A DNA stretch of 64,000 nt from Candidatus Omnitrophota bacterium (lineage in GTDB: Bacteria; Omnitrophota; Gorgyraeia; 2-01-FULL-45-10). The notes under the pieces are model-generated. The model saw only the letters and a program-made list of their open reading frames with translations. It was not told the origin of the DNA and searched no databases. The stretch lies in the NCBI GenBank assembly GCA_026387175.1, contig JAPLME010000012.1, forward strand, positions 139,429 to 203,428, in the 5' to 3' direction. The translations under genes and the position numbers were made by a program. How positions within the stretch are numbered: the stretch's first letter is position 1; the number at the start of each line of letters is the position of its first letter. This document shows positions 37,591 through 47,651 of this stretch, in pieces.

Positions 37591-39165
37591 ATGCGAAGAG
37601 CGAGGGCTTCATATGTGTTTGCGGTTATTGCGATAATTTCATTTCTTTTCAGCTTTGCCATAATCGGATCCGCTTTAGCCGAAGACGCTCTCGTGCGGGA
37701 TACTTCCGCGCAGGATGATCCGCAGGATACCCTTACACCTAATACTCCGCAGGATGCTCCTGCGCCCGGTACCCGACAGCATTATCCCGCACCTTATGAT
37801 CCGCAGGATCCTCCCGCGCCTACCGCTCCGCAGGATCCTCCTGCACCCGCCGTTCCACAAGATCCGCCGGCGCCGGCTGCCAAAGAAGAGATCAACGTAG
37901 TCCAGCCCGTCGAAAAGAAGATAGATGTGCCTACAGTCGAGACGCCCGAAGAGATATATCAATTAAAGAGGATAGACCCTAATAAGATAGGCGCTGAGGC
38001 GTCATATACCACATTCGGAGGGTTCCGGCCGGTCGATTACATTATGAAGAGCCCTGCTTTGGGAGTGGGACAAAGGGTTGAAATATATCAGGAACCGAAG
38101 CCAATCGACGCATATATAACAATGTTTAAGGAGATGCAGCATACCTATAGCGACTTTAACAGCTACTGGATAGGCAATCACTCCGAGTTTCAGCCGGTTG
38201 ATTTTAGAAGCATAGTGCAGCCGCTCTTCGTAAGGGCTTACGGAACGGAATTTACGCTAAGCGATCCGAAGGAGTCCGCGCAGGATATCAAAGGGCAGAT
38301 AAGGTATACTATAGATTACCGCGATGTCTATAGAGAGTACTATCCTAAATTTATCGATCTTAAAGTCTCGAGATGGTTCCAGAACGATATAATGTTCATA
38401 ACCACTGCGAAGATACAGCCGCTTAACTGGCTGTATACGTCCAACGTCGGTTACAGGTATTCAAACGTAGATTACAAAATGATCGATCCCAGGTTTAACT
38501 TCCATCAGGCTACGGAGATGAGGAGCACGTATTATATTAATCAGGCGCTTGCGCCGAACCCGAGGTTTGAGGTCTTTGTGCAGGGAGAGTATTTTAAATC
38601 CAATCATTTCGATTGCGACTGGGCAAACTCCCCGGACCACTACTTCGGCGCCACCGAACTAAGGTTTAAATCAAAGGATATGAAGACCAGTTACACCGGG
38701 CGCTTCAGCTATTCGCTCGATATATATTCTCCTTTCAGCAACACATATGAAAAGTATGAGATATGGGCAAGGATCGGCCGCGACTTCAACGACCGTCTTA
38801 ACGCCTACGCTATGTTAAAATACATATACGGTCATACCCGCTCCGAAGATAATGGCAATTTTCTCGTTCCGCCCGGATGGACAGGGAGCGCTCCGCTGCC
38901 GTTTCCATTCGATGTCACCGCGATTGCGATCATCTCGGAGAACAGGGCCCAGTATAGGGTCTATGACAAATTGTGGGTTCAGGGCGGGCTCGATCTCTCC
39001 ACTGGTGTTAATATGTCAGATTTTGATAACATCGGGTTGCTTGCCGGCCTCGAATATTACGCTCCCGGCATAATAAGAGTCGATGTCGGTTGGAGAGGGA
39101 ACCAGTTTTACAATATAGACGATTTCCTCACAACCGTATATTTCAAGTGCTACCTCTTCATGTAA
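37591..39165 (+). CDS. Secreted protein with N-terminal proline-rich PQDPPAP repeats. The C-terminal ~400 aa may be an outer-membrane beta-barrel-like region.
   Basis: RBS aggaga. Signal MRRARASYVFAVIAIISFLFSFAIIGSALA. Repeats PQDAPAP / PQDPPAP x5 (37711-37880). Alternating hydrophobic pattern with an aromatic-rich C-terminus. Confidence 0.6.
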   Translation: MRRARASYVFAVIAIISFLFSFAIIGSALAEDALVRDTSAQDDPQDTLTPNTPQDAPAPGTRQHYPAPYDPQDPPAPTAPQDPPAPAVPQDPPAPAAKEEINVVQPVEKKIDVPTVETPEEIYQLKRIDPNKIGAEASYTTFGGFRPVDYIMKSPALGVGQRVEIYQEPKPIDAYITMFKEMQHTYSDFNSYWIGNHSEFQPVDFRSIVQPLFVRAYGTEFTLSDPKESAQDIKGQIRYTIDYRDVYREYYPKFIDLKVSRWFQNDIMFITTAKIQPLNWLYTSNVGYRYSNVDYKMIDPRFNFHQATEMRSTYYINQALAPNPRFEVFVQGEYFKSNHFDCDWANSPDHYFGATELRFKSKDMKTSYTGRFSYSLDIYSPFSNTYEKYEIWARIGRDFNDRLNAYAMLKYIYGHTRSEDNGNFLVPPGWTGSAPLPFPFDVTAIAIISENRAQYRVYDKLWVQGGLDLSTGVNMSDFDNIGLLAGLEYYAPGIIRVDVGWRGNQFYNIDDFLTTVYFKCYLFM

Positions 39166-39192
39166 TACTTAAAATATATAGGGGGACAAAAA

Positions 39193-40512
39193 ATGAGGCC
39201 TAATAAGCTTATAACTATATTGTTATTTCCGATCCTTTCTTTTTCGTTATGTCTCGCCGGGTGCGCTCCCGACCATGCCAAGGCCGACAGCGGAAAAACT
39301 CCCGAAGGTAAATCGCCTGTCGAAATAAAAGTCGCTTTCTGGGGATCTCCCGACGAAGTCAATATAACCACAGAGATAATAAGCCAGTGGCAGAAGGCGC
39401 ACCCCGATATAATGGTGAGGCTTGAGCATACTCCTTACAGGGGATATGTCGATAAGCTTCTGACGCGCATAGCGGGCCGCGCCGAGCCCGATATCATCTG
39501 CACCGAAGTGGACCTCTTTGTGACATTCCAGTCGAAGAATGTCCTCCTCGATCTCACGCCTTATATCGGCGGCGATCCGGAGTTCGACCTGAAAGATTTT
39601 TACCCCCAAATAATAAGCCGTTTTACGGTGAAGGATAAGCTCTATGCCGTGCCCCGGGATACGGCGCCTTTCGCGTGCGTATATTACAATAAGAAATTAT
39701 TCGATGAAGTTAAAGTGCCATATCCAACAGATGATTGGGATATGAATGACATGCTCGATAAGGCGAAGAAGCTTACCAAGGTCGATAGTGACGGCCGGGT
39801 CATTCAATATGGTTTTTATGCATGGGCATGGATGAACTTCGTATACTCTTTCGATGGCAGCCTGGTGGACGATGTAAAGAACCCGACAGTTTGCACGTTA
39901 AATTCCAAGGAATCGGTAGAGGGCCTCCAGTTTTATTCCGACCTTATTAATAAATACAACGTACAGCCTTCGACCACCGCTATGACGAACCTGGCCATGG
40001 GCGTGCAGGGGATGTTTATGACGGGACGGCTGGCGATGTTCGCCTCAGGTATATGGGAGACGCCGGGGCTGCGCAAGATACAGGACTTCGAGTGGGATGT
40101 CGCCATGTTCCCTAAGGGGCCCACCGGTAAACGCGGTTTCGGCACAGGCGGGTCAGGATATTGCATATTAAAGGGCTCAAAGCATCCTAAGGAGGCATTC
40201 GAGGTGATAAAAGCCCTGGCCGGGAGAAACGCCCAGATGAAGCTTGCCGAGACGGGCCTCGCGCAGCCCGCGATAATGTCGATCGCGATGAGCAACCTTT
40301 GGGCAAACGACGGCAAGGTCCCGTATAATAAGAAGATGTTGGATGGGGCCATGAAATATGTAGTATATGATCCCTTTACCCCCGTATGGCGGGAGGCCAA
40401 GGAGATGTATATAATACCGGAATTAGATCTTCTGTTCGGAGGAAAGAAGACGGCCCAGGAGGCGGTCGCGGCTTTCATAAACAAGGTGAACGCTCTTATA
40501 AAGAGGCAGTAG
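39193..40512 (+). CDS. ABC transporter extracellular solute-binding lipoprotein (carbohydrate family).
   Basis: RBS aggggga. Lipobox LAGC. Typical SBP_bac_1 composition (WGSPDE, YYNKKLFDE, W-rich). Confidence 0.75.
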   Translation: MRPNKLITILLFPILSFSLCLAGCAPDHAKADSGKTPEGKSPVEIKVAFWGSPDEVNITTEIISQWQKAHPDIMVRLEHTPYRGYVDKLLTRIAGRAEPDIICTEVDLFVTFQSKNVLLDLTPYIGGDPEFDLKDFYPQIISRFTVKDKLYAVPRDTAPFACVYYNKKLFDEVKVPYPTDDWDMNDMLDKAKKLTKVDSDGRVIQYGFYAWAWMNFVYSFDGSLVDDVKNPTVCTLNSKESVEGLQFYSDLINKYNVQPSTTAMTNLAMGVQGMFMTGRLAMFASGIWETPGLRKIQDFEWDVAMFPKGPTGKRGFGTGGSGYCILKGSKHPKEAFEVIKALAGRNAQMKLAETGLAQPAIMSIAMSNLWANDGKVPYNKKMLDGAMKYVVYDPFTPVWREAKEMYIIPELDLLFGGKKTAQEAVAAFINKVNALIKRQ

Positions 40513-40534
40513 CGTAAAAGCGGTGACGAAGTAG

Positions 40535-41206
40535 ATGCGAATATTAGTGGTGGAAGACGAGAAGAAGATAGCCGACTTTATAAGACGCGGCCTTAAAGAA
40601 GAAGGTTATGCCGTAGATACCGCTTATGACGGCGAAGAAGGCCTGTTTCTAGCCAAGACCAATGATTATGACTTGATCCTCCTTGACCTGATGCTCCCCA
40701 AGCTCGACGGGCTCACTCTCTGTAAAAAACTTAAAGAGGCCAAGGTAAAATCCCGCGTCATAATGCTTACCGCGAAGGAGACCGTAAAGGATAAAGTCCT
40801 CGGGCTCGATTCGGGAGCCGACGATTATCTCACCAAGCCTTTCGCTTTCGAGGAGCTCCTGGCCAGGATCCGCGCGATCCTCAGGAAGAAAGAGACCCAG
40901 GCCCCTACGAAGCTTAAGATCGCCGATCTCGAGCTTGATCTCCTCACCCATAAGGTGATAAGAGGATCTAAAGAGATCGAACTTACCGCCAAAGAATATT
41001 CCCTGCTTGAATACCTGATGCGCAATGAAGGGTCCATCGTCACGCGTACGATGATATCCGAGCACGTCTGGGATATAGATTTCGATACTTTCACAAACGT
41101 TATAGATGTTTACATTAATTATCTCCGCAACAAGATCGATTCAGGATTTAAGAAGAAGCTTATCCATACGGTCCGCGGCAGGGGATATATATTAAAAGAA
41201 GAATAG
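40535..41206 (+). CDS. OmpR/PhoB-family response regulator.
   Basis: MRILVVEDE...DLILLDLMLP.LDG...LTAK (REC) and a winged-helix C-terminus VIRGSKEIELTAKEYSLLEYL...TVRGRGY. Confidence 0.9.
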   Translation: MRILVVEDEKKIADFIRRGLKEEGYAVDTAYDGEEGLFLAKTNDYDLILLDLMLPKLDGLTLCKKLKEAKVKSRVIMLTAKETVKDKVLGLDSGADDYLTKPFAFEELLARIRAILRKKETQAPTKLKIADLELDLLTHKVIRGSKEIELTAKEYSLLEYLMRNEGSIVTRTMISEHVWDIDFDTFTNVIDVYINYLRNKIDSGFKKKLIHTVRGRGYILKEE

Positions 41207-41215
41207 AGCCGACGC

Positions 41216-42682
41216 ATGTTTTATAGGTCGATACGCTTCAAAATGACGATCGTTTACATGGCGGTGCTGGCTCTCACGCTTTCCGCTTTCAGCGCCATCC
41301 TGTATCACTATGTCAGCCGGAGCCTGTATGAGAATATGGATACGCTATTGCGCTCCAAGGCGGAAGGCATAGTCCACGCCATAGGAACGTATTGGGAGGC
41401 CGAGAGGCTGGGCCCGAACCGTTTCGGCGCCAGAGTAGATGATAGCCAGGGTAATATTAATTTTGCCACAATAGCCCAGCGCTGGGTCCAGGAACGCTCG
41501 AAAGACCCCAAACTCCTCGATATTATCGTGCAGATTTACGATCCGAACGGTACGGTTGTGGCCTCCTCGAAGAGCACCCAGGGCATAGCCAGCATTTCAG
41601 AAGAAAGCCTTATATATGTGCTATACGGGAATAGCATGTTCGATACGCTCACGCCTTCGTTCCCGACAAAAAAGATAGTGAAATTCAGGGTCTTCGTGAC
41701 CCCTGCCGTTAAAAATGCCCAGGTCGAGTATGTCGTTCAGGTTGCGAGCCCCCTTACCTCTATACAGACAACTCTCGATACGATGAAGTTCGCGCTCTTC
41801 ATACTTTTTCCATTGACGGTCTTTCTGACAGGCATAATAGGGGCCCTTCTGGCCAAGATGACGCTGCGGCCGGTCGATAGCATGATAAAGACGATCCATG
41901 GCATCACGGCCGAGAATATGAAATTAAAGCTGAAGGTGCCCGGGACACGCGATGAGATAGATAAGCTTGCCGATACGTTCAATGATATGCTTGAGCGCCT
42001 TGACCATGCCTTCGCTTCCCAGAAGAGGCTATCCGAGGACCTCTCTCACGATCTCAAGACCCCGCTTACTATCATGAAAGGCGAGTTCGAGGTCTCCCTG
42101 AAGAAGCTGCGCCGGCAGGAGGAATATGAAGCGGTGTTACGCTCGAGCCTCGAGGAAGTAAATAAGATAATCAGGCTTGCCGATAACATGCTTATGCTGG
42201 CGAGCTTTGAGGCGCAGAATATAATACCTGATAGAAAAGCGCTTGATCTCAATCTTCTGGTACAGAGCGCTCTTAACAGTATAAAGAAGCTTGCTGACGA
42301 GAAACGCATAGAGATCAGCTTATCGCATGATGAGGGCATAACCTTAAAAGGCGATGAACGGCAGCTGAAGCAGCTCTTTCTCAACCTGCTCGATAACGCC
42401 ATAAAGTATACGCCGGAGGGCGGTAAGGTGACTATAAGCGTGCGCCAGGAAAAAGAAGGCGTAAGAATAAAGATACAGGATACAGGGCGCGGTATTGCCG
42501 CTGACCAGATAGATAGGATATTCGACCGCTTCTATCGAGCGGATAAATCCAGGGCCGGACAGGGGTTCGGACTGGGACTCAGCATAGTTAAATCGGTAGT
42601 GGACGCGCATGGAGGCAAGATAGGGGTTGAAAGCTCTCCCGGCCTGGGCACCGCTTTTATTGTGTTTTTTCCCGCCGCCTAA
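41216..42682 (+). CDS. Sensor histidine kinase (two TM, HAMP, HisKA, HATPase_c).
   Basis: LSHDLKTPLT H-box. N/G boxes LLDNAIKYTPEGG and DTGRGI...GLGLSIVK. Adjacent to the response regulator. Confidence 0.9.
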   Translation: MFYRSIRFKMTIVYMAVLALTLSAFSAILYHYVSRSLYENMDTLLRSKAEGIVHAIGTYWEAERLGPNRFGARVDDSQGNINFATIAQRWVQERSKDPKLLDIIVQIYDPNGTVVASSKSTQGIASISEESLIYVLYGNSMFDTLTPSFPTKKIVKFRVFVTPAVKNAQVEYVVQVASPLTSIQTTLDTMKFALFILFPLTVFLTGIIGALLAKMTLRPVDSMIKTIHGITAENMKLKLKVPGTRDEIDKLADTFNDMLERLDHAFASQKRLSEDLSHDLKTPLTIMKGEFEVSLKKLRRQEEYEAVLRSSLEEVNKIIRLADNMLMLASFEAQNIIPDRKALDLNLLVQSALNSIKKLADEKRIEISLSHDEGITLKGDERQLKQLFLNLLDNAIKYTPEGGKVTISVRQEKEGVRIKIQDTGRGIAADQIDRIFDRFYRADKSRAGQGFGLGLSIVKSVVDAHGGKIGVESSPGLGTAFIVFFPAA

Positions 42683-42766
42683 GATTAATTTTTTTTAATT
42701 TGCCATTAACCTGATTTTAATCGACCATATAGTATATTTAATGTAGAAAAACGAAAGGAGGAGGTC

Positions 42767-43378
42767 ATGGCAAAGAAATTGGTTTTTGCCGCAATGTTAG
42801 TGGCCGCGGCGGTAGCTTTAGCGGCCGGCGTTTCCAGCGCAGCCGATGCGGTGGCTGGCGGAAGCGAGTTTATGATCGCTGATTTTAATACCGGAGAAAA
42901 GCCTAATAATATAGGCGGGGACTTTGGAGCGTGGAGCAAGGATCCCACAGATTTCTCTCAGGGGTGCAGCGAGTCGTTTGACACTGTAAACAGGCACGGC
43001 ACTACGGGTTTCGCGATGAAGCTGGACTATTCGGTCGATTCGAAGAATCCCGCGTATAACGGGTTCTGGATGTTCCTGCAGAACTTCGATGCTTCGAAGT
43101 ACGATAATATCGCTCTATGGATAAAGGGTGACGGTAAGATCGGCTATACCACTGTATTTAAGGTAGAGCTGAAGAACGCCTCCAAGCAGGTAGGGCGTTA
43201 TTACGTTACCAACATCACCGACGCCTGGCAGGATATCGTTATTCCGCTTAAGGACTTCAAAGGGATAACGGATCTGTCAAACCTGTCGGAGTTTGTTATC
43301 GTATTCGAAGACAGGATAGCTTCGAATAAGAAAGGTGTCGTCTATATAGATGACATTAGATTCACGAAGAACAAGTAA
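42767..43378 (+). CDS. Secreted stand-alone CBM11/CIA30-like beta-sandwich carbohydrate-binding module protein.
   Basis: RBS aaaggaggagg. Signal peptide. Ends with the VVYIDDIRF motif that recurs in four other proteins of this locus. Confidence 0.6.
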   Translation: MAKKLVFAAMLVAAAVALAAGVSSAADAVAGGSEFMIADFNTGEKPNNIGGDFGAWSKDPTDFSQGCSESFDTVNRHGTTGFAMKLDYSVDSKNPAYNGFWMFLQNFDASKYDNIALWIKGDGKIGYTTVFKVELKNASKQVGRYYVTNITDAWQDIVIPLKDFKGITDLSNLSEFVIVFEDRIASNKKGVVYIDDIRFTKNK

Positions 43379-43394
43379 CAGTTATTAAAAATTC

Positions 43395-43421
43395 GATGGG
43401 CGCGGATAACTTCCGCGCCCA
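43395..43421 (+). terminator. GC hairpin (possible terminator or attenuator; no T-tract).
   Basis: atgggcgcgga-taact-tccgcgcccat. Confidence 0.35.
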
Positions 43422-43450
43422 TCCTTATATCATGTATAAGGAAGCTCTTC

Positions 43451-45742
43451 ATGAGACTCATTCCGGCATTAAAAAAGATAGTTGCCGTTACCTCTCTCCA
43501 GATAATCTGCGGTATAATTCTAAATAGCGTAGCGATAGCCCAGGGGCTTCCGCAGAAACCCACCAAGTTCATTAAGCCAATAATTTTAGCCGACTACAAC
43601 GGCGGCTCCCTGTATACGAATCTCGGCGGACTTTCCGGAGGGGATGATAATAAGCCCGGCACGGTCTTTGCGGCCATGATCCAGGATGAAGGCTATGTGA
43701 GAGGTAATACCGGAAGCGCGGTGATGCTCGATTATGACGTTGAAAGGCTGGGCGAATATACTTTTTACTGGATAAAGCTGGGCAAAGAGATCCCGGGCAA
43801 GACCGGCTCTACGGAATCTCTCAACCTTACGGAATATAATTATTTATCATTCTGGATAAAAGGCGTGCCGGAAGTCAGCGACATTAAGATAGAACTGCAT
43901 CAGGACGTAAATGGAGACGGGATATTTACATACGGCCAGGATATAACCAGTTATGTTTATGCGAATGCCTACATTAACGGCGGAATAATATCGAGGGAGT
44001 GGAACAAGGTGGTCATACCCCTTAAGGTGTTCAATAAAATAACCGATTGGTCGAAAATGCTGGAACTTGTTTTCGTATTTGAAAATAAAGCGGGTGATAA
44101 GAAAGGCGTGGTATATATTGACGACATCCTTTTTGGCAGTCGCCCGGAGGGTGACACGTTTTCCCGTAAGCCTGAGGACATCAAAGAGATAAAGCCCCCC
44201 GACGAGGCATCGTTTAAAGTCAACGGCAAAAGCGCAAAGAATTGTATCACCTTTAACGGCGTCAATGAGCTTGAAATAAGCGCCGAGAGTTTTTATCAAA
44301 ACCCTTTTTTAGAGAGTGTCAGGTTTGAATATTCCGTGGACAAGGGGCATACCTGGAGGACCATAGGCATAGACTACGATATAAGCGGCAATGTTCACAA
44401 GACGGATTGGCAGCCGGATAACTCCAGAGAGCTCTATAGCTATCAGCTGAGAGCTGTCGCCACCGATATAATGGGAAACGAGAAGGCCACGGGAGCGCTT
44501 ATCGACTGCGGCGTCCAGCCGATTACCGATGACGAATTTTTAAATTTGATAGAGAAGAAAGCCTTTGAATTTTTTAAAGAACATCAGGACCCGGATACAG
44601 GGCTCTTTGCCGATACATCCGGCGGAGGCGACGCCAGTATAGCCTCTACCGGAATAGGGCTTGCCGCGCTATGTATAGGAGCGGAAAGAGGATGGCTGGA
44701 CAAAGATGAGGCCAGGAAGAGAGTTTTGACGGCGCTTAATACCTTTCTGCCCAAATCGCCGGAGGAGGAAGCCCTCGCGGAAGGCAGATTCGGGTTCTTC
44801 TATCATTTTTTAAATATGCATACGGCAAAGCGCGCCGGAAAGAGCGAGATATCGACGGTCGATACGGCGATACTGATTTGCGGCGCCATCGCCTCCGGCG
44901 AATATTTTGGCGGTGAAATTAAACAGAAGGCCGAGGAGATATATAAAAGGGTCGAGTGGGGGAAGTTCTTATGCCAGGAGAAGGGGCCGTGGTTCAATAA
45001 TTTTTCTATGGGTTGGTCTCCTGAGCGGGGGTTCCTGGATTCATATTGGGACTTTTATACGGATGAGGCCATACTTGTCAGCCTGCTCGCCATAGGCTCT
45101 CCGACATTCCCTACCGGTCCGGAAGTATTCTATGCATGGACCAGGCATTCGGCAGCCTATGAGACAGGCAAGCCGTTCATATTCACATGGCACGGAGCTC
45201 TCTTCTCTTATCAGTACGCTCATCTCTGGTTTGATCTGCGAAATATGGCCGATAAACAGGGGATCGACTGGTTTGAAAATTCCACGAATGCCACCCTGGC
45301 TAACAGGCAGTTTTGCATTGACAATGCCGATAATTTTAAAGGGTATGGCCCGAACAGCTGGGGCATAACATCTATGGCCAGGCCGGGCGGTTACGTAATG
45401 CATTTCGGCATTCCCCCTACAGGAAGCGGCGAACCGCAATATGACGGCACCGTATCTCCGACCGGCCCTGCCGGATCCATAGTTTTTACTCCTTATTTAT
45501 CGACATCCGCGTTAAAATATATGTATATGACGCATCCCAGGCTCTGGGGGCAGTACGGCCTTAAAGACTCTTTCAATTTCGATATGAATTGGTATGCCCC
45601 TACCTATTATGGAATAGGGGTGGGGATGATACTATTGCCCATAGAGAATTTTCGCACGGGATTTATCTGGAATAATTTTATGAAGAATAAGTATGTTCAG
45701 GATGCGCTGGTGAAAGCGGGATTTACCAAGAAGAAAGGGTGA
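43451..45742 (+). CDS. Secreted two-domain protein: an N-terminal CBM11/CIA30-like module plus a C-terminal GH144/DUF3131-like (alpha/alpha)6 hydrolase domain.
   Basis: RBS aaggaag. N-terminal half ...VVYIDDILF. C-terminal half paralogous to 36242 (GFFYHFLNM, YQYAHLWFDLRNM). Confidence 0.6.
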   Translation: MRLIPALKKIVAVTSLQIICGIILNSVAIAQGLPQKPTKFIKPIILADYNGGSLYTNLGGLSGGDDNKPGTVFAAMIQDEGYVRGNTGSAVMLDYDVERLGEYTFYWIKLGKEIPGKTGSTESLNLTEYNYLSFWIKGVPEVSDIKIELHQDVNGDGIFTYGQDITSYVYANAYINGGIISREWNKVVIPLKVFNKITDWSKMLELVFVFENKAGDKKGVVYIDDILFGSRPEGDTFSRKPEDIKEIKPPDEASFKVNGKSAKNCITFNGVNELEISAESFYQNPFLESVRFEYSVDKGHTWRTIGIDYDISGNVHKTDWQPDNSRELYSYQLRAVATDIMGNEKATGALIDCGVQPITDDEFLNLIEKKAFEFFKEHQDPDTGLFADTSGGGDASIASTGIGLAALCIGAERGWLDKDEARKRVLTALNTFLPKSPEEEALAEGRFGFFYHFLNMHTAKRAGKSEISTVDTAILICGAIASGEYFGGEIKQKAEEIYKRVEWGKFLCQEKGPWFNNFSMGWSPERGFLDSYWDFYTDEAILVSLLAIGSPTFPTGPEVFYAWTRHSAAYETGKPFIFTWHGALFSYQYAHLWFDLRNMADKQGIDWFENSTNATLANRQFCIDNADNFKGYGPNSWGITSMARPGGYVMHFGIPPTGSGEPQYDGTVSPTGPAGSIVFTPYLSTSALKYMYMTHPRLWGQYGLKDSFNFDMNWYAPTYYGIGVGMILLPIENFRTGFIWNNFMKNKYVQDALVKAGFTKKKG

Positions 45743-45747
45743 CCTTT

Positions 45748-47571
45748 ATGAGTAACTCGAAATCGATTACAATAGCGGTGCTTGCGTTTGTTTTAACTGC
45801 CGCTCTGGCGTTTTCCGCCGCGTATTCGCAGGAAGAACCCAAGGAAGACCTGACGGCTACAGACGCGCAGAAAAAAGTTATACCGCCCTGCAAGTGCAAC
45901 GGCATTATCCAGGACATAATCTCATCCAAGGATGAGGCGGCCCTGCGAAACCTTATCGAGGACGCTTTCTCCGAACATTGCTCTTACGAAAATTATGAAA
46001 AGTTCGTGGCCGACGCCAGGACGGCGCTTGCCGGGGGCGCTGAGGTCAATAACAAAGACTACCTTAACTATGCCATCGCGCTGGCAAGGATCGACCAGCT
46101 TTCGGCCCTTTCTAAAGATAATGATATCGAGGCCGGGCGCTTGTATATGTCGGTGAGCGATAAATATTTTAACGAGGCCATCGAGTGCCTGGATACCGTA
46201 GGAACCTCTACCAGATCGAAGGGTCTCGCTATCGATAATAATCTGTTGAAATTCCTCGTGTTTAAGGAAAAGTTCCAGCCCCAGAAGTCGGATGCGGTCT
46301 TTGACCTCATCGCCTCGCAGATCGCGAAATACAGCGATGACGCGAAAGCCAATAAGAATGAACTTGAAAATATTTTTGAAAAGCTGAAGAGGCTCGGTCT
46401 TTCGAAATATGCCATAAAATTAAAGATCCTTTACGCCTCAAAAGTCGATCCCGAAACAGCAAGGGAAGTGCTGGATGAGCTAAGGATATCGGCTGACCAG
46501 TATTTTGAGCAAAACGATATGAAGGCGGCTGCCAATCTGTACGAGCAATATATGGCCTCGGCCCCGGCCTATTATAATAAGGAGGAGATGGGAGCCAGGA
46601 TAATGGAGGTAGGGGAAAAATATTTCACGGCCGGAAAATATAGAGAGGCGAAGAAATATTACAGTCTTTATATGGAGAAATATTCCGACCTGCCGCCCGC
46701 CGATTATTGCAGCTACAAGCTCGCGCTCTCCTCGTATTATATGAAGGACCACATAAAGACCATATCGCAGCTGGAAGGTTTCCTCGAGAAGTATAAAACG
46801 AGCGCATGGTTCGATAAGGCCTTTGAAATGCTCGCGAGAGTCTATTATGAGAATTTGCCCCGCGATAAGGCAATAGAGAGCATCCAGTCCATCATCGATA
46901 AATATTACAGGAAGGATACCGGCGATTATGCCAGAGTGCTAATGGCGATGCTTTACTATGGGGCCAAAAATTACGACTCTGCCGGGGATGCGCTGAAGAA
47001 GGTAGAACCCTCCAGCAGTTATTCCTATACCGCGCGGATGATTACGGATGATATCAAAGAGATAAGGAAGAATAAGACCGCTCCCGCGTTCGGGACCGAC
47101 GCTACCGAGACTTATAAAGTATGGGACCCTTACCAGAGCATCGACGTTAAGATAGTGCCGACGGTGGCCGGTTCTTCAGGGGAAAAAGGAGCTATCGCGA
47201 TCACAATGACAGAAGGCGGCCAACAGCAGATAGAAGTGAATAAAGGCGCCAAGATACAATTTGCCCTTCAGGGGCTGGTGGACGAGGACAGGTTTAATGA
47301 ATATACGATTGATAAGGACGACCAGTCGCGCCTTCCGAAGATGATAAAGGAAGAGACCGAAAAAGACCTGCTGAGCTTGAGATGGTCCGTCGATGGCGGC
47401 AATTTTGCCGATGATAAAGAGACGGACGTTAAAGTCTGGCAGGCGCCGAAGGATCCAGGCACTTATAAAATGACCGTCAAGGTCGATGACTTCGGCCTTG
47501 TGCGCGTTCCGAATAAAGGCGTGAAGAAAGATTTGGCCAAGGATACGGTTCTTAATATAGTTGTCAAATAA
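45748..47571 (+). CDS. Secreted TPR-like repeat protein.
   Basis: Signal MSNSKSITIAVLAFVLTAALAFSAAYSQE. Helical repeat composition rich in Y/A/K/E/L. The ATG at 45748 is preferred over the track's upstream GTG. Confidence 0.55.
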   Translation: MSNSKSITIAVLAFVLTAALAFSAAYSQEEPKEDLTATDAQKKVIPPCKCNGIIQDIISSKDEAALRNLIEDAFSEHCSYENYEKFVADARTALAGGAEVNNKDYLNYAIALARIDQLSALSKDNDIEAGRLYMSVSDKYFNEAIECLDTVGTSTRSKGLAIDNNLLKFLVFKEKFQPQKSDAVFDLIASQIAKYSDDAKANKNELENIFEKLKRLGLSKYAIKLKILYASKVDPETAREVLDELRISADQYFEQNDMKAAANLYEQYMASAPAYYNKEEMGARIMEVGEKYFTAGKYREAKKYYSLYMEKYSDLPPADYCSYKLALSSYYMKDHIKTISQLEGFLEKYKTSAWFDKAFEMLARVYYENLPRDKAIESIQSIIDKYYRKDTGDYARVLMAMLYYGAKNYDSAGDALKKVEPSSSYSYTARMITDDIKEIRKNKTAPAFGTDATETYKVWDPYQSIDVKIVPTVAGSSGEKGAIAITMTEGGQQQIEVNKGAKIQFALQGLVDEDRFNEYTIDKDDQSRLPKMIKEETEKDLLSLRWSVDGGNFADDKETDVKVWQAPKDPGTYKMTVKVDDFGLVRVPNKGVKKDLAKDTVLNIVVK

Positions 47572-47587
47572 GAGTTTAAAAAATACA

Positions 47588-47650
47588 GGCCGATATCAGG
47601 GATATCGGCACTTAGCATACAATATGGCTGAATAAACTAGGAGCGATCTT
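47588..47650 (+). promoter_or_regulatory. Conserved palindromic leader element, copy 2.
   Basis: GCCGATATC-AGGG-ATATCGGC (47589-47609) with compensatory G>A/C>T changes relative to copy 1, then ACTTAGC...ATGGCTGAATAAACTAGGAG. ATG at 47652. Confidence 0.6.
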
Positions 47651-47651
47651 T

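Noticed and set aside
47561-47590. A sigma70 promoter for the GH94 operon (TTGTCA, 17 nt spacer, TACAGG).
   Set aside because: The -10 hexamer is poor. It is not reported as a feature, although a promoter probably lies in this 80-nt gap.
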